This document shows positions 35,993 through 43,890 of a stretch of DNA of 56,604 nt, piece after piece (position 1 is the stretch's first letter; the number at the start of each line of letters is the position of its first letter). Below the pieces are notes generated by a model. That model ran no database searches and was not told the origin of the DNA. It saw only the letters and a list, made by a program, of their open reading frames with translations. A program made the translations under genes and the position numbers. Source of the DNA: Planctomycetota bacterium (GTDB taxonomy: Bacteria; Planctomycetota; MHYJ01; WSZJ01); contig JAIOPR010000096.1 of assembly GCA_021413805.1 (NCBI GenBank), positions 1-56,604 on the forward strand. Direction: 5' to 3'.

Positions 35993-37420
35993 ATGGAACT
36001 CAAACGGATCAGCGACTGCGTGTGGGAAATCCCGAAAACCGGCGCCATGCGCGTCCCGGGACGGATCTACGCCGACAAGCGCCTCCTCGACCTCGCCAAG
36101 GGCGACAAGGCCCTCGACCAGGTCGTCAACGTCGCGACACTTCCCGGGATCGTCAAATGGTCCCTCGCGATGCCCGACATCCACTGGGGCTACGGCTTCC
36201 CGATCGGGGGCGTGGCGGCATTCAGCCTCGATGAAGGGGTGATTTCGCCGGGTGGCGTCGGCTACGACATCAACTGCGGAGTCCGCGTCTGCAAAACCGG
36301 CCTGACCTTCAAGGAACTCGAAGGCAAGCACAAGAAGCTCGTCAACGCGCTCTTCAATGCCGTCCCGACCGGCGTCGGCGGCGACTCCGCGATCGGCCGT
36401 CTGTCGAAGGCGGACGGGACGGGGATCGTGACGACGGGGGCGAAGTGGGCCGTCGAGCACGGCTTCGGCAAGCCGTCGGACCTCGACTACACGGAGGACG
36501 GCGGGACGATGGCGGGGGCGGACCCGGCGGCGGCGAGCGACACGGCGTTCAAGCGCGGGCTGGGGCAGGTGGGGACGCTGGGAAGCGGAAACCATTTCCT
36601 CGAGCTGGACCGCGTGGACGAGACGTACACGCCGGAAGCGCTGAGCGTGTTCGGGCTTAGCGTGGGCGACGTGGTGCTCCTGATCCACTGCGGCTCGCGC
36701 GGCTTCGGGTACCAGATCTGCGACGAGAACGTCCACGACTTCGTGAAGATCGCGGGGCGGTACCACATCGACCTGGCCGACAGGCAGCTGGCGTGCGCGC
36801 CGGCGTCGAGCTGGGAGGGGAAGAAGTACCTCTCGGCGATGGCGTGCGCCGCGAACTACGCGTGGGTGAACCGCCAGGTCATCATGATCCTCGCCGGCCG
36901 CGCACTCTCCGACTGCCTCGGCAAGTCCGTCGAGCCCGAGCTGATCTACGACGTCTGCCACAACATCGCGAAGATCGAGGACCACGAGGTGGACGGCAAG
37001 ATGATGAAGGTCATCGTCCACCGGAAGGGCGCGACTCGCGCTTTCCCGGCCGGCCACCCGCTGACCCCGGCCAAGTACAAGGACGTCGGCCAGCCCGTCC
37101 TCGTCCCCGGCGACATGGGGCGCTGCTCCTTCCTCCTCACCGGCCTCCCCGGCGCGATGAAGGAAACTTTCGGCTCCACCTGTCACGGCGCCGGCCGCAC
37201 CGCCAGCCGCGGCGAAATGAACCGCCGCATGCAGGGCGTCGATCTCGACGCCGAACTCCGCTCGATGGGCGTCACCGTCCGCGGCAAGACCCGCGCCAGC
37301 CTCGCGGAGGAGATGCCGTCGGCTTACAAGGACGCAGACGTCGTGACGGAGGTCATGGAGCGCGCCGGGATCTCGAAGCGGATCGCGAAGTTCGTGCCGT
37401 TTGCGGTGATTAAAGGGTGA
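35993..37420 (+). CDS. rtcB: RNA-splicing ligase RtcB
   Basis: PDIHWGYGFPIGGV, GYDINCGVR, GSGNHF, HCGSRG and GSTCHGAGR motifs. Confidence 0.95.
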   Translation: MELKRISDCVWEIPKTGAMRVPGRIYADKRLLDLAKGDKALDQVVNVATLPGIVKWSLAMPDIHWGYGFPIGGVAAFSLDEGVISPGGVGYDINCGVRVCKTGLTFKELEGKHKKLVNALFNAVPTGVGGDSAIGRLSKADGTGIVTTGAKWAVEHGFGKPSDLDYTEDGGTMAGADPAAASDTAFKRGLGQVGTLGSGNHFLELDRVDETYTPEALSVFGLSVGDVVLLIHCGSRGFGYQICDENVHDFVKIAGRYHIDLADRQLACAPASSWEGKKYLSAMACAANYAWVNRQVIMILAGRALSDCLGKSVEPELIYDVCHNIAKIEDHEVDGKMMKVIVHRKGATRAFPAGHPLTPAKYKDVGQPVLVPGDMGRCSFLLTGLPGAMKETFGSTCHGAGRTASRGEMNRRMQGVDLDAELRSMGVTVRGKTRASLAEEMPSAYKDADVVTEVMERAGISKRIAKFVPFAVIKG

Positions 37421-37506
37421 TCTGGCGCGACTTCGGAAGCGCGGGGTCATTCAGAAATCAGGTGAGGATCCCGCTGGTCTCTCCCAAACCCGGTCAAAGC
37501 TCCTCG

Positions 37507-37848
37507 TCACTTCGCAGGCCGATTCACCCGAACCAGCTGCCCGGTCAGTGAGGCAAGCCCCCTCACGGCGTCGTCGATTCGCCGGGCCTGCCCTGCGAAA
37601 TCGGCGTCCACCGTGCATACCAGAATCCCTTCGTGGGCCGGTCGGATGGCGTGGAGCCGGATGAAGTGCTTTCGATTCAATGGCAACACCGCCCTCTTTG
37701 CCTGGGATGCGTATTCGAGCACTTCCTCATCGGGAACCGCGCGTCCGGCGTTGCCAGCTTCGAGGCTCGTAAGGACGTCATGTCCGAAGACGCGGAGCGC
37801 CGCGATGACCGGCAGCGGGAAATTCTCGTTCCCGTAGAACGCCGCCAA
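37507..37848 (-). CDS. DUF5615-type PIN-like toxin candidate
   Basis: TTG at 37848, 1 nt after the DUF433 stop, gives (M)AAFYGNENFPLPVIAALRVFGHDV, the typical start of this family. The longer ORF-track start overlaps the DUF433 gene. Confidence 0.65.
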   Translation of the reverse strand: MAAFYGNENFPLPVIAALRVFGHDVLTSLEAGNAGRAVPDEEVLEYASQAKRAVLPLNRKHFIRLHAIRPAHEGILVCTVDADFAGQARRIDDAVRGLASLTGQLVRVNRPAK

Positions 37849-37849
37849 G

Positions 37850-38179
37850 CTACGCCACCTCGTTTTCGGCGATCTGCTTCTCGATGTCCGCGGCGTGCGT
37901 CCGGACGAACGCCCACGCCTGCGCAAGATCCGCGGCACGCAGCGTCGGGTAGCTCTTCAGGAGGTCGGCCTCCGACACGCCCTGTCGGCGCGCTGCTTCG
38001 AGAACCCAGACTGGAATCCGGGTGCGGACGATGCACGGCTCCCCGCCGCAGACTCCTGGGTTGGACTCGACGCCGGGGAAGGAATCGCCCATCTCGCGCA
38101 CAAGCGTCCCGAGAAGAAGAGCCTTCTCAGCGCGGCTGAGTGATTCGAGCTGGCGTTCGATGTCCTGGAGGTGATTCAT
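37850..38179 (-). CDS. DUF433 domain protein (antitoxin-like partner)
   Basis: CGGEPCIVRTRIPVWVLEAARRQGVSEADLLKSYPTL. TATACT lies 13 nt upstream of the ATG. Confidence 0.8.
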   Translation of the reverse strand: MNHLQDIERQLESLSRAEKALLLGTLVREMGDSFPGVESNPGVCGGEPCIVRTRIPVWVLEAARRQGVSEADLLKSYPTLRAADLAQAWAFVRTHAADIEKQIAENEVA

Positions 38180-38240
38180 GGATGTGGGGTCCAGTATATC
38201 CGCTCAACCTCTGCTTCCCACTCTGCTCCCGGTCCTTCCG

Positions 38241-38451
38241 GGCGAAATGGGCCGCCGCATGCAAGGCGTGGACCTCGATGCAGAGTTCCGCGCCATGGGG
38301 GGTTCCCGTCCGCGAGAAGACCCGCGCGAGCCTCGCCGAGGAAAGACCGTCCGCTTACAAGGACGCCGGCGTTGTCATTGAGGTCATGGAGCGCGCGGGG
38401 ATCTCGAAGCGGATCGCGAAGTTCGTGCCGTTTGCGGTGATCAAGGGGTGA
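38241..38451 (+). pseudogene. duplicated, frameshifted 3' fragment of rtcB
   Basis: Aligns to 37211-37420. The last ~72 nt differ at 3 positions, the 5' part is more diverged, and there is one extra nt near 38298. Translations GEMGRRMQGVDLDAEFRAMG and KTRASLAEE.PSAYKDA.VV.EVMERAGISKRIAKFVPFAVIKG fall in two frames. Confidence 0.85.
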
Positions 38452-38530
38452 CCTTCCCGCTCCTCAGAAGTACTGTAGGTGACGACTTTCGCGGCTGGCT
38501 CTCTCTGTAGGCTCTTCTTCGGAGAAGTCG

Positions 38531-39241
38531 ATGACAATTGGCCTGAAGCTGCGCGAAGCGCTCCGCGAACCAAATCCGCGCGACGCGTTTGGGGGCGCCG
38601 TCGTCATGCTGATCAAGTCTGGACAACCAGCGGAAGCAATCCTCCTCGAGATCCAGATGATTCACCTCGAACTGCAAAAGTCGGGGCAGGATGCGCTGGA
38701 CGCGATCGTCACGGGGGTCGCGAAATACGTTCCCGACATTTCGCCGACGCTGCCTCTTGCTCCTGCGAAGGAACCGCCGAAGAGCGTCAAGGAGAAGAGA
38801 CGTCGCAAGTCCAATTACGTGTTCGACAAAGCCAAATACCATGTGCAAGGTAATTACCCCGTGGATTTGCCTCCCGTGAACGCGTGCACGCACACAGCCT
38901 TTTTTCTAGGCTGGTTGATTGACAATGACCTGGTCAGCAAGTTGTTCTTGAACGAGTCCGGCGAGCACATCCAGAAATTCCGCGAACGAAGGCTCACGCC
39001 GACGGAAGTGTATTCGTTCTGGGACGAAGTCCTCGTCAGCTCAATGCTCAATGCAGCAGGAAACTGCTTTGCGGCGGACTACTTCGAACTTTCGTCCGGG
39101 CGTTACCTGCGCGACTACGAAGAGATTCTCGGCGCCGGACTGCCGTCCCTTTATCACGTACCCCCGTCATGGGATAACTACGAGCGAATCTCCGCGCGAA
39201 TCACCGAGCGCTACAAGGAGTTCAACGGGTCGAAACCATAG
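38531..39241 (+). CDS. hypothetical protein in low-GC islet
   Basis: ORF with clearly lower GC than its surroundings. The C-terminal ~135 aa (YHVQGNYPVDLP...HTAFFLGWLI.N.L) resemble a widespread uncharacterised domain that I cannot name with confidence. Confidence 0.55.
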   Translation: MTIGLKLREALREPNPRDAFGGAVVMLIKSGQPAEAILLEIQMIHLELQKSGQDALDAIVTGVAKYVPDISPTLPLAPAKEPPKSVKEKRRRKSNYVFDKAKYHVQGNYPVDLPPVNACTHTAFFLGWLIDNDLVSKLFLNESGEHIQKFRERRLTPTEVYSFWDEVLVSSMLNAAGNCFAADYFELSSGRYLRDYEEILGAGLPSLYHVPPSWDNYERISARITERYKEFNGSKP

Positions 39242-39275
39242 GGGTGCGGGGACTTCCCTCGGAGACCGCTTGCCG

Positions 39276-39600
39276 TTAGGAGATCTCGCTCGACGCAACG
39301 TCAGCCGGAATCCGGCCGACTGATGATCCTGGATGATCTGTTTCGCGCGGGAGAGATTTTGATCCGCGCCATTCAGAGGTGCGACCCAAATGCCGGTGTC
39401 GAGGTAGACCGGCGTCACTCGCCCAGCGGGTAGGCAGACGCTGGGCACGCCGGCGATTTTCGACTTCCGCTCCTCCGTTGGTGTCGAGTCTCGGAGTGAT
39501 GGCGACATCTACGTCGTCACCAACCTGGGCCGGAGTGCCGTCCGGCACCGGCAGGTGGCCATCCGGAAGAATGCGGGCGTGGTAGCGGTACTCGGAAATG
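39276..39600 (-). pseudogene. degraded VapBC-like toxin-antitoxin remnant
   Basis: Antitoxin-like ARILPDGHLPVPDGTPAQVGDDVDVAITP. In another frame, a PIN-like start (V)TPVYLDTGIWVAPLNGADQNLSRAKQII (GTG at 39418) is truncated after about 45 aa. Confidence 0.3.
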
Positions 39601-40082
39601 CGCCCGAGGTTACTCGCGTGCCGTCGGTTGCTCAACGCGCGCCTGGGTCGAGGCAAACAATGAACTGCACAAGAAAGCAGAATTTTGTGCAGTCCACTGC
39701 ATAACGCAGGCAGCTCTCCGGATCACGGCTGCGCGGGGGGCGGTTCGAAGTGCCACGGATGTCGCCATTCGCCGACTTCCCGCGGAGTCATCGATCGGCG
39801 ACTTCGCGAGGACGTCGCGGGCGCCGTCCCGTTCGCGGCTCAAGAGCGCGCGACGGCGCTCTTTACAATTCCGAATGACTACTTCGTTTTTGTATGAAAT
39901 AAACGAATCATGTATGCGCGGTGGCTCAAGCGCCCGGAACCTCCGACGCCGGGGCGTCAACCTGCTTGCCGGTCGCGAGCGTGCTGCGGGACCTGGATGC
40001 TCACCTTTAGTCGGGCGCCTTGGGGAATACGCAAGCAGACGCCCGCGTTCTATAGACTGCTCCCTTCGCTGACAACTCACCC

Positions 40083-40982
40083 ATGAACAGAACCAACGAA
40101 ACCGACATGACCCGCCGTGAAGCGCTCAAGCGCCTCGTCGTCGCCGGCGCTTCCCTGCCGATCCTGGCCGGCTGCGAGCGGACGGCCGAGAAAGGCGCTT
40201 CTGAAATGCCGCCGAAACCGAACCGCATGCCGTCGATCTTCCTCGCGCACGGGTCGCCGTTCCTGCTCGACGACACGAAATGGGTCGGGGAGCTGAACGC
40301 GTGGGCGAAGGCGATGCCGCGGCCGAAGGCGGTTCTGATGGTATCGGCGCACTGGGAAGAGAAGCCGGTGACGCTGGGGGCGACGACAACGGTGCCGCTG
40401 GTGTACGACTTCTACGGATTTCCGCAGAAGTACTACGAGGTGACGTACGCCGCGCCCGGGGCGCCGCAGCTGGCGACGCGGGTGAAGGAGTTGCTCAAGA
40501 AGACGCGGCAGGTGCAGGAAGAGCCGGATCGCGGGCTGGATCACGGCGCGTACGTGCCGATGGTGGCGATGTACCCGGGCGCGGATGTTCCCGTCCTGCA
40601 GCTTTCGCTCCCGACGATGCAGGCCGAGCCGCTGTTCGAGATGGGCCGCGCGCTGGCGCCGCTTCGGGACGAGGGCGTGCTGATCATCGGAAGCGGATTC
40701 CTGACGCACAACCTGAGGGCGCCCCGCACGGGGACGACGCCGTCGTGGGCGGCGAAGTTTGACGAATGGGCGGCGGACGCGCTGGAGCACCGGAAGGTGG
40801 ACGAGCTACTCAATTTCACGGAGCGCGCGCCGGGGCTGCAGGAAGCGCTTCCCACATTCGAGCATTTTGTCCCCGTCCTGGTTGCGGCCGGGGCGGACGA
40901 GGACGCGAGGAGCGCCGTGAAGTTCCCGATTACGGGGTTCATGGGGGGGTCGTTCACGCGCCGTTCGGTGCAGTACGGCTAG
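40083..40982 (+). CDS. class III extradiol dioxygenase (LigB/YgiD 4,5-DOPA dioxygenase family) with Tat/lipoprotein-type signal
   Basis: MTRREALKRLVVAGASLPILAGC. SIFLAHGSP, VSAHWE, YDFYGFP, LDHGAYVP and GSGFLTHNL motifs. Confidence 0.85.
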   Translation: MNRTNETDMTRREALKRLVVAGASLPILAGCERTAEKGASEMPPKPNRMPSIFLAHGSPFLLDDTKWVGELNAWAKAMPRPKAVLMVSAHWEEKPVTLGATTTVPLVYDFYGFPQKYYEVTYAAPGAPQLATRVKELLKKTRQVQEEPDRGLDHGAYVPMVAMYPGADVPVLQLSLPTMQAEPLFEMGRALAPLRDEGVLIIGSGFLTHNLRAPRTGTTPSWAAKFDEWAADALEHRKVDELLNFTERAPGLQEALPTFEHFVPVLVAAGADEDARSAVKFPITGFMGGSFTRRSVQYG

Positions 40983-40985
40983 GCG

Positions 40986-41438
40986 ATGCCGGAACCCTGG
41001 TACCACGCCGGCCTGAAGTTCCGCTGCCTCGGCGCCGAGTGCGGCGACTGCTGCTCCGGCAAGAACGGCTCCGGCGCGGTGTGGGTGAACGCCCCGGAGA
41101 TGCTCGATCTCGCAAAGCACCTCGGGCTTCCGTTCGACGAATTCACCAGGAAATACGTCCGCCAGATCGGCGAGCGCTACTCCCTCGTCGAGAAACCGAA
41201 TTTCGACTGCGTGTTTTACGAGGCCGGGAAGGGCTGCACGGTGTACGAGGCGCGGCCGACGCAGTGCCGGACGTACCCGTTCTGGAACAAGGTGATGGCG
41301 GCGAAGGAGTACTGGAAGCTGGAAGCGAAGGCCTGCCCGGGAATCGGCGCGGACGAAACGGTCGTCACCGGCGAAGAGATCGCGCGGAATGTGGTGGAGG
41401 ACCGACGGAGGTTCCCCGAGGGGCGGCAGGGGATTTGA
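40986..41438 (+). CDS. YkgJ-family cysteine-cluster protein
   Basis: CGDCCSG ... CVFY...GCTVYEARPTQCRTYPFW. Confidence 0.8.
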   Translation: MPEPWYHAGLKFRCLGAECGDCCSGKNGSGAVWVNAPEMLDLAKHLGLPFDEFTRKYVRQIGERYSLVEKPNFDCVFYEAGKGCTVYEARPTQCRTYPFWNKVMAAKEYWKLEAKACPGIGADETVVTGEEIARNVVEDRRRFPEGRQGI

Positions 41439-41451
41439 GCCCGGCCCGTCG

Positions 41452-41622
41452 TTACGCCGCCGCGTCGCCGCCGCTATTCGCCCGCGTGCCGACAAAGAAC
41501 CACTTCCGGAACGCTTCCCAGCACTTGGAACAGACGTACTGCACCTTCTCGTCGAACTTCACGAACTGGTGCGTCGGGATGTACTCCTGGCAACGGCACC
41601 GCTGGCACGTGTGCTTTTCCAT
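41452..41622 (-). CDS. small zinc-ribbon protein (56 aa), not in ORF track
   Basis: Hand translation MEKHTCQRCRCQEYIPTHQFVKFDEKVQYVCSKCWEAFRKWFFVGTRANSGGDAAA. CxxC-x21-CxxC, GC3-rich codons, GAGAGGGGA box upstream. Confidence 0.6.
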   Translation of the reverse strand: MEKHTCQRCRCQEYIPTHQFVKFDEKVQYVCSKCWEAFRKWFFVGTRANSGGDAAA

Positions 41623-41738
41623 GACACGAGTCCCCTCTCAATTCCCCCCCGTCGTGTGGGGCGGCCCGCCGGGGTCTCCGAGGCCCTGGCGGACAGTTCG
41701 GGGTCGCCCCCTCTCGATTCACTGATTCGGCTGGGGGG

Positions 41739-41858
41739 CGAAACGGACTTGAGGGAAATTCCGTGTTTCGTCCCTATCCGCGGCGGTGTCCGCGAAATCC
41801 GCCGTCATCTGCGTCCGAAGTTTTGTTTGTTTCACAAGAAAGAAAGTCGGACGCAGAT
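41739..41858. other. cluster of three hairpins in a divergent intergenic region (possible structured RNA)
   Basis: CGAAACGGA/TCCGTGTTTCG (41739-41770). CGGCGG/CCGCCG (41781-41804). Perfect 12-bp stem ATCTGCGTCCGA (41807-41818)/TCGGACGCAGAT (41847-41858) with a 28-nt AT-rich loop. Confidence 0.6.
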
Positions 41859-42056
41859 AACGGCAAGATCGCGCTGAAACAGCCGCGGATAGTCGTCAAC
41901 CGGCCCCGAAGCTAACGCCGTCCTCCGTGCCCTCCCTTCCCTCCGCGCCCTCTGCGGCAAACGCCGTGAAGCCCCCCGCCCGCTCCCCCCCGACAATCAT
42001 GTCCGCCCCCCCTCGCCACGTATAGAATGCGGGGCCGCCCTTACCAAGGAAGCTCC

Positions 42057-42902
42057 ATGCTGTCGCAGGCCATCAAAGCCGGCTTCAAACGATCCTTCAT
42101 GACCGGGATCGCGGCCCTCCTGCCGACCACGCTCACCCTCCTCATCCTCATCGCCGGCTTCGGCGTCCTCAACGACTACGTCGGGAAACCGATGGGCGCC
42201 GCCGTCCTCTGGGGCCTCGAGCGCTGGGCGGGCCCCGGCTTCGGCGACTTCATCATCTCCTACACGGGCCGCTCCCTCGCCGACCTCCGCGCCACCGACC
42301 ACTGGCTCAAGTCCGCCATCGGCTTCCCCGTCGCCGCCGTCCTCATCTTCATCCTCGGGTTCCTCTTCGCATCTTTCCTCGGCCGCCGCCTCATGGGCAT
42401 GTTCGACGGCCTGGTCGCGCGCTTCCCCATCATCGGCAGCATTTACGGCTACGGGAAACAGGTGTCGGAATTCCTGTTGAAGAGCAACAAGCAGGTGGAG
42501 TTCAAGAGCGTGGTGCTGGTGAAGTACCCGTACGAGGGGATCTGGTCGATCGGGTTCGTGACGAACGACGGGATCAACGTGCTCAACCAGATGACGGGGA
42601 AGGAAATGGTGACGGTCTGCGTGCCAAACGCGCCGACACTGATCACCGGCTGGGTCCTGCTTCTCCCCAAAGCCGACGTGATCCCCCTGCCGATGTCTGT
42701 CGATGAGGCCATCCCGTTCATCGTCTCGGCGGGCGTCCTCCTCCCGGAGCGGCTTCCCTCTATTACCCGAACGGCGCCGCCATGCTCGCCGCCGGCGCCA
42801 CTCTCACTCCGGCCGCGATCCAGCGGCTGGCGCAGGCGGGGTACCGGGATATTTACGTGTTCGAAGAAGCGGCGGCGGGAGTGGACGGGCGGGACCTGGT
42901 AA
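42057..42902 (+). CDS. DUF502 family membrane protein
   Basis: MLSQAIKAGFKRSFMTGIAALLPTTLT... and PNAPTLITGW...SVDEAIPFIVSAGV. AAGGAAG box before the ATG at 42057 (alternative ATG at 42027). The last ~50 codons look like out-of-frame translation of the next gene. Confidence 0.7.
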   Translation: MLSQAIKAGFKRSFMTGIAALLPTTLTLLILIAGFGVLNDYVGKPMGAAVLWGLERWAGPGFGDFIISYTGRSLADLRATDHWLKSAIGFPVAAVLIFILGFLFASFLGRRLMGMFDGLVARFPIIGSIYGYGKQVSEFLLKSNKQVEFKSVVLVKYPYEGIWSIGFVTNDGINVLNQMTGKEMVTVCVPNAPTLITGWVLLLPKADVIPLPMSVDEAIPFIVSAGVLLPERLPSITRTAPPCSPPAPLSLRPRSSGWRRRGTGIFTCSKKRRREWTGGTW

Positions 42903-43885
42903 TCGAGGCGGCGCGTTCGCCGATGGCGCGCAAGCTGGGAGCGTTTTTCAAGTCCGTGCACGACACGATCGGGCGGGCGGCGCAGATCGGTTCGGGAGAC
43001 GATGCGGCCACGGTGACGGACAAACTGGGGCACCCGGACGTGCGGAAGGCCGTCAAGGCGCTGCGGTTCGCCGAGGTCATGGCGGGCCCCGAGCTGGACG
43101 CGTTCTACGACGGGATCGCCCTCGAGAAAGACGCGCCGATGGTCACGGGAATGCCCCGCACCGACGCGAGCCACCACGTCGATCACGCCCTGAACGTCGC
43201 CGCCCGCAGCGTCATGATCGCCCGCCGCCTCGGCTGGGCGCCGCGCGAGTGCCGCGAACTCTGCATCGGCGCGCTTCTCCACGACGTCGGGTACCAGGTG
43301 TTGCCGGATGAAGCGGTGAAAGCCGCGCCGGGGCAGCAGCTTCACCCGAGCGCCGGGTACCACCTCCTTCGCGCCGACACCGGCATCTCGCTGCTTTGCG
43401 CCCACTGCGCCTTCCAGCACCACGAGCGATTCGACGGCCGCGGCTTCCCTCGCCGTCTCGTCGGCATGAATACGCTCTCGGCGCGCGATTCCACCGGCCC
43501 CGGGTCGATGCACCGCTACGCCAGCGTCGTCGCGATCGCCGATGTCTTCGACCTCCTGACCTCCGGCTTCCCCGACGGCTGGGCGATGCGCGACGACGAA
43601 GCGATCAAGCTGATGCGCAACGAGTCGGGAAAGGCGCTTCATCCGGACGCGCTCAAGGCCTTTCTCGCCCTGACGCCGCCTTACCCGGTCGGCCTCGAGG
43701 TGGAGGTCCTGGACGGCGAGTGGATCGGCTGCACGGGGATCGTGGCCTCAGTCACGGCGGGATCGATGGACCGGCCGGCGATCAAGGTTCTCCGGAGCGG
43801 CGGCGCACCGCTGCCCAAGGCGGTGGACATCGATCTCGCGAAGACCGAGATCAACTTCCGGCCGCGCGGCGCCGGCGAGCGGTAG
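42782..43885 (+). CDS. HD-GYP domain protein (c-di-GMP phosphodiesterase family)
   Basis: HHVDHALNVA, LLHDVGY and HHERFDGRGFP motifs. Confidence 0.85.
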   Translation: MLAAGATLTPAAIQRLAQAGYRDIYVFEEAAAGVDGRDLVIEAARSPMARKLGAFFKSVHDTIGRAAQIGSGDDAATVTDKLGHPDVRKAVKALRFAEVMAGPELDAFYDGIALEKDAPMVTGMPRTDASHHVDHALNVAARSVMIARRLGWAPRECRELCIGALLHDVGYQVLPDEAVKAAPGQQLHPSAGYHLLRADTGISLLCAHCAFQHHERFDGRGFPRRLVGMNTLSARDSTGPGSMHRYASVVAIADVFDLLTSGFPDGWAMRDDEAIKLMRNESGKALHPDALKAFLALTPPYPVGLEVEVLDGEWIGCTGIVASVTAGSMDRPAIKVLRSGGAPLPKAVDIDLAKTEINFRPRGAGER

Positions 43886-43890
43886 TTACT

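Noticed and set aside
39610-40080. 156-aa minus-strand ORF in the low-GC islet
   Set aside because: Arg/Ser/Pro-rich translation, no motif, atypical codon usage for either the host or a coherent foreign gene, and overlap with the region immediately upstream of the dioxygenase gene.
41807-41870. c-di-GMP (GEMM-I-like) riboswitch upstream of the DUF502/HD-GYP genes, suggested by GGACGCAGA resembling the GGACGCAAAGC core
   Set aside because: The GGACGC here is locked in a perfect 12-bp stem with an upstream complement. No GNRA tetraloop/receptor pair or second conserved helix is visible. The resemblance is limited to 8 nt.
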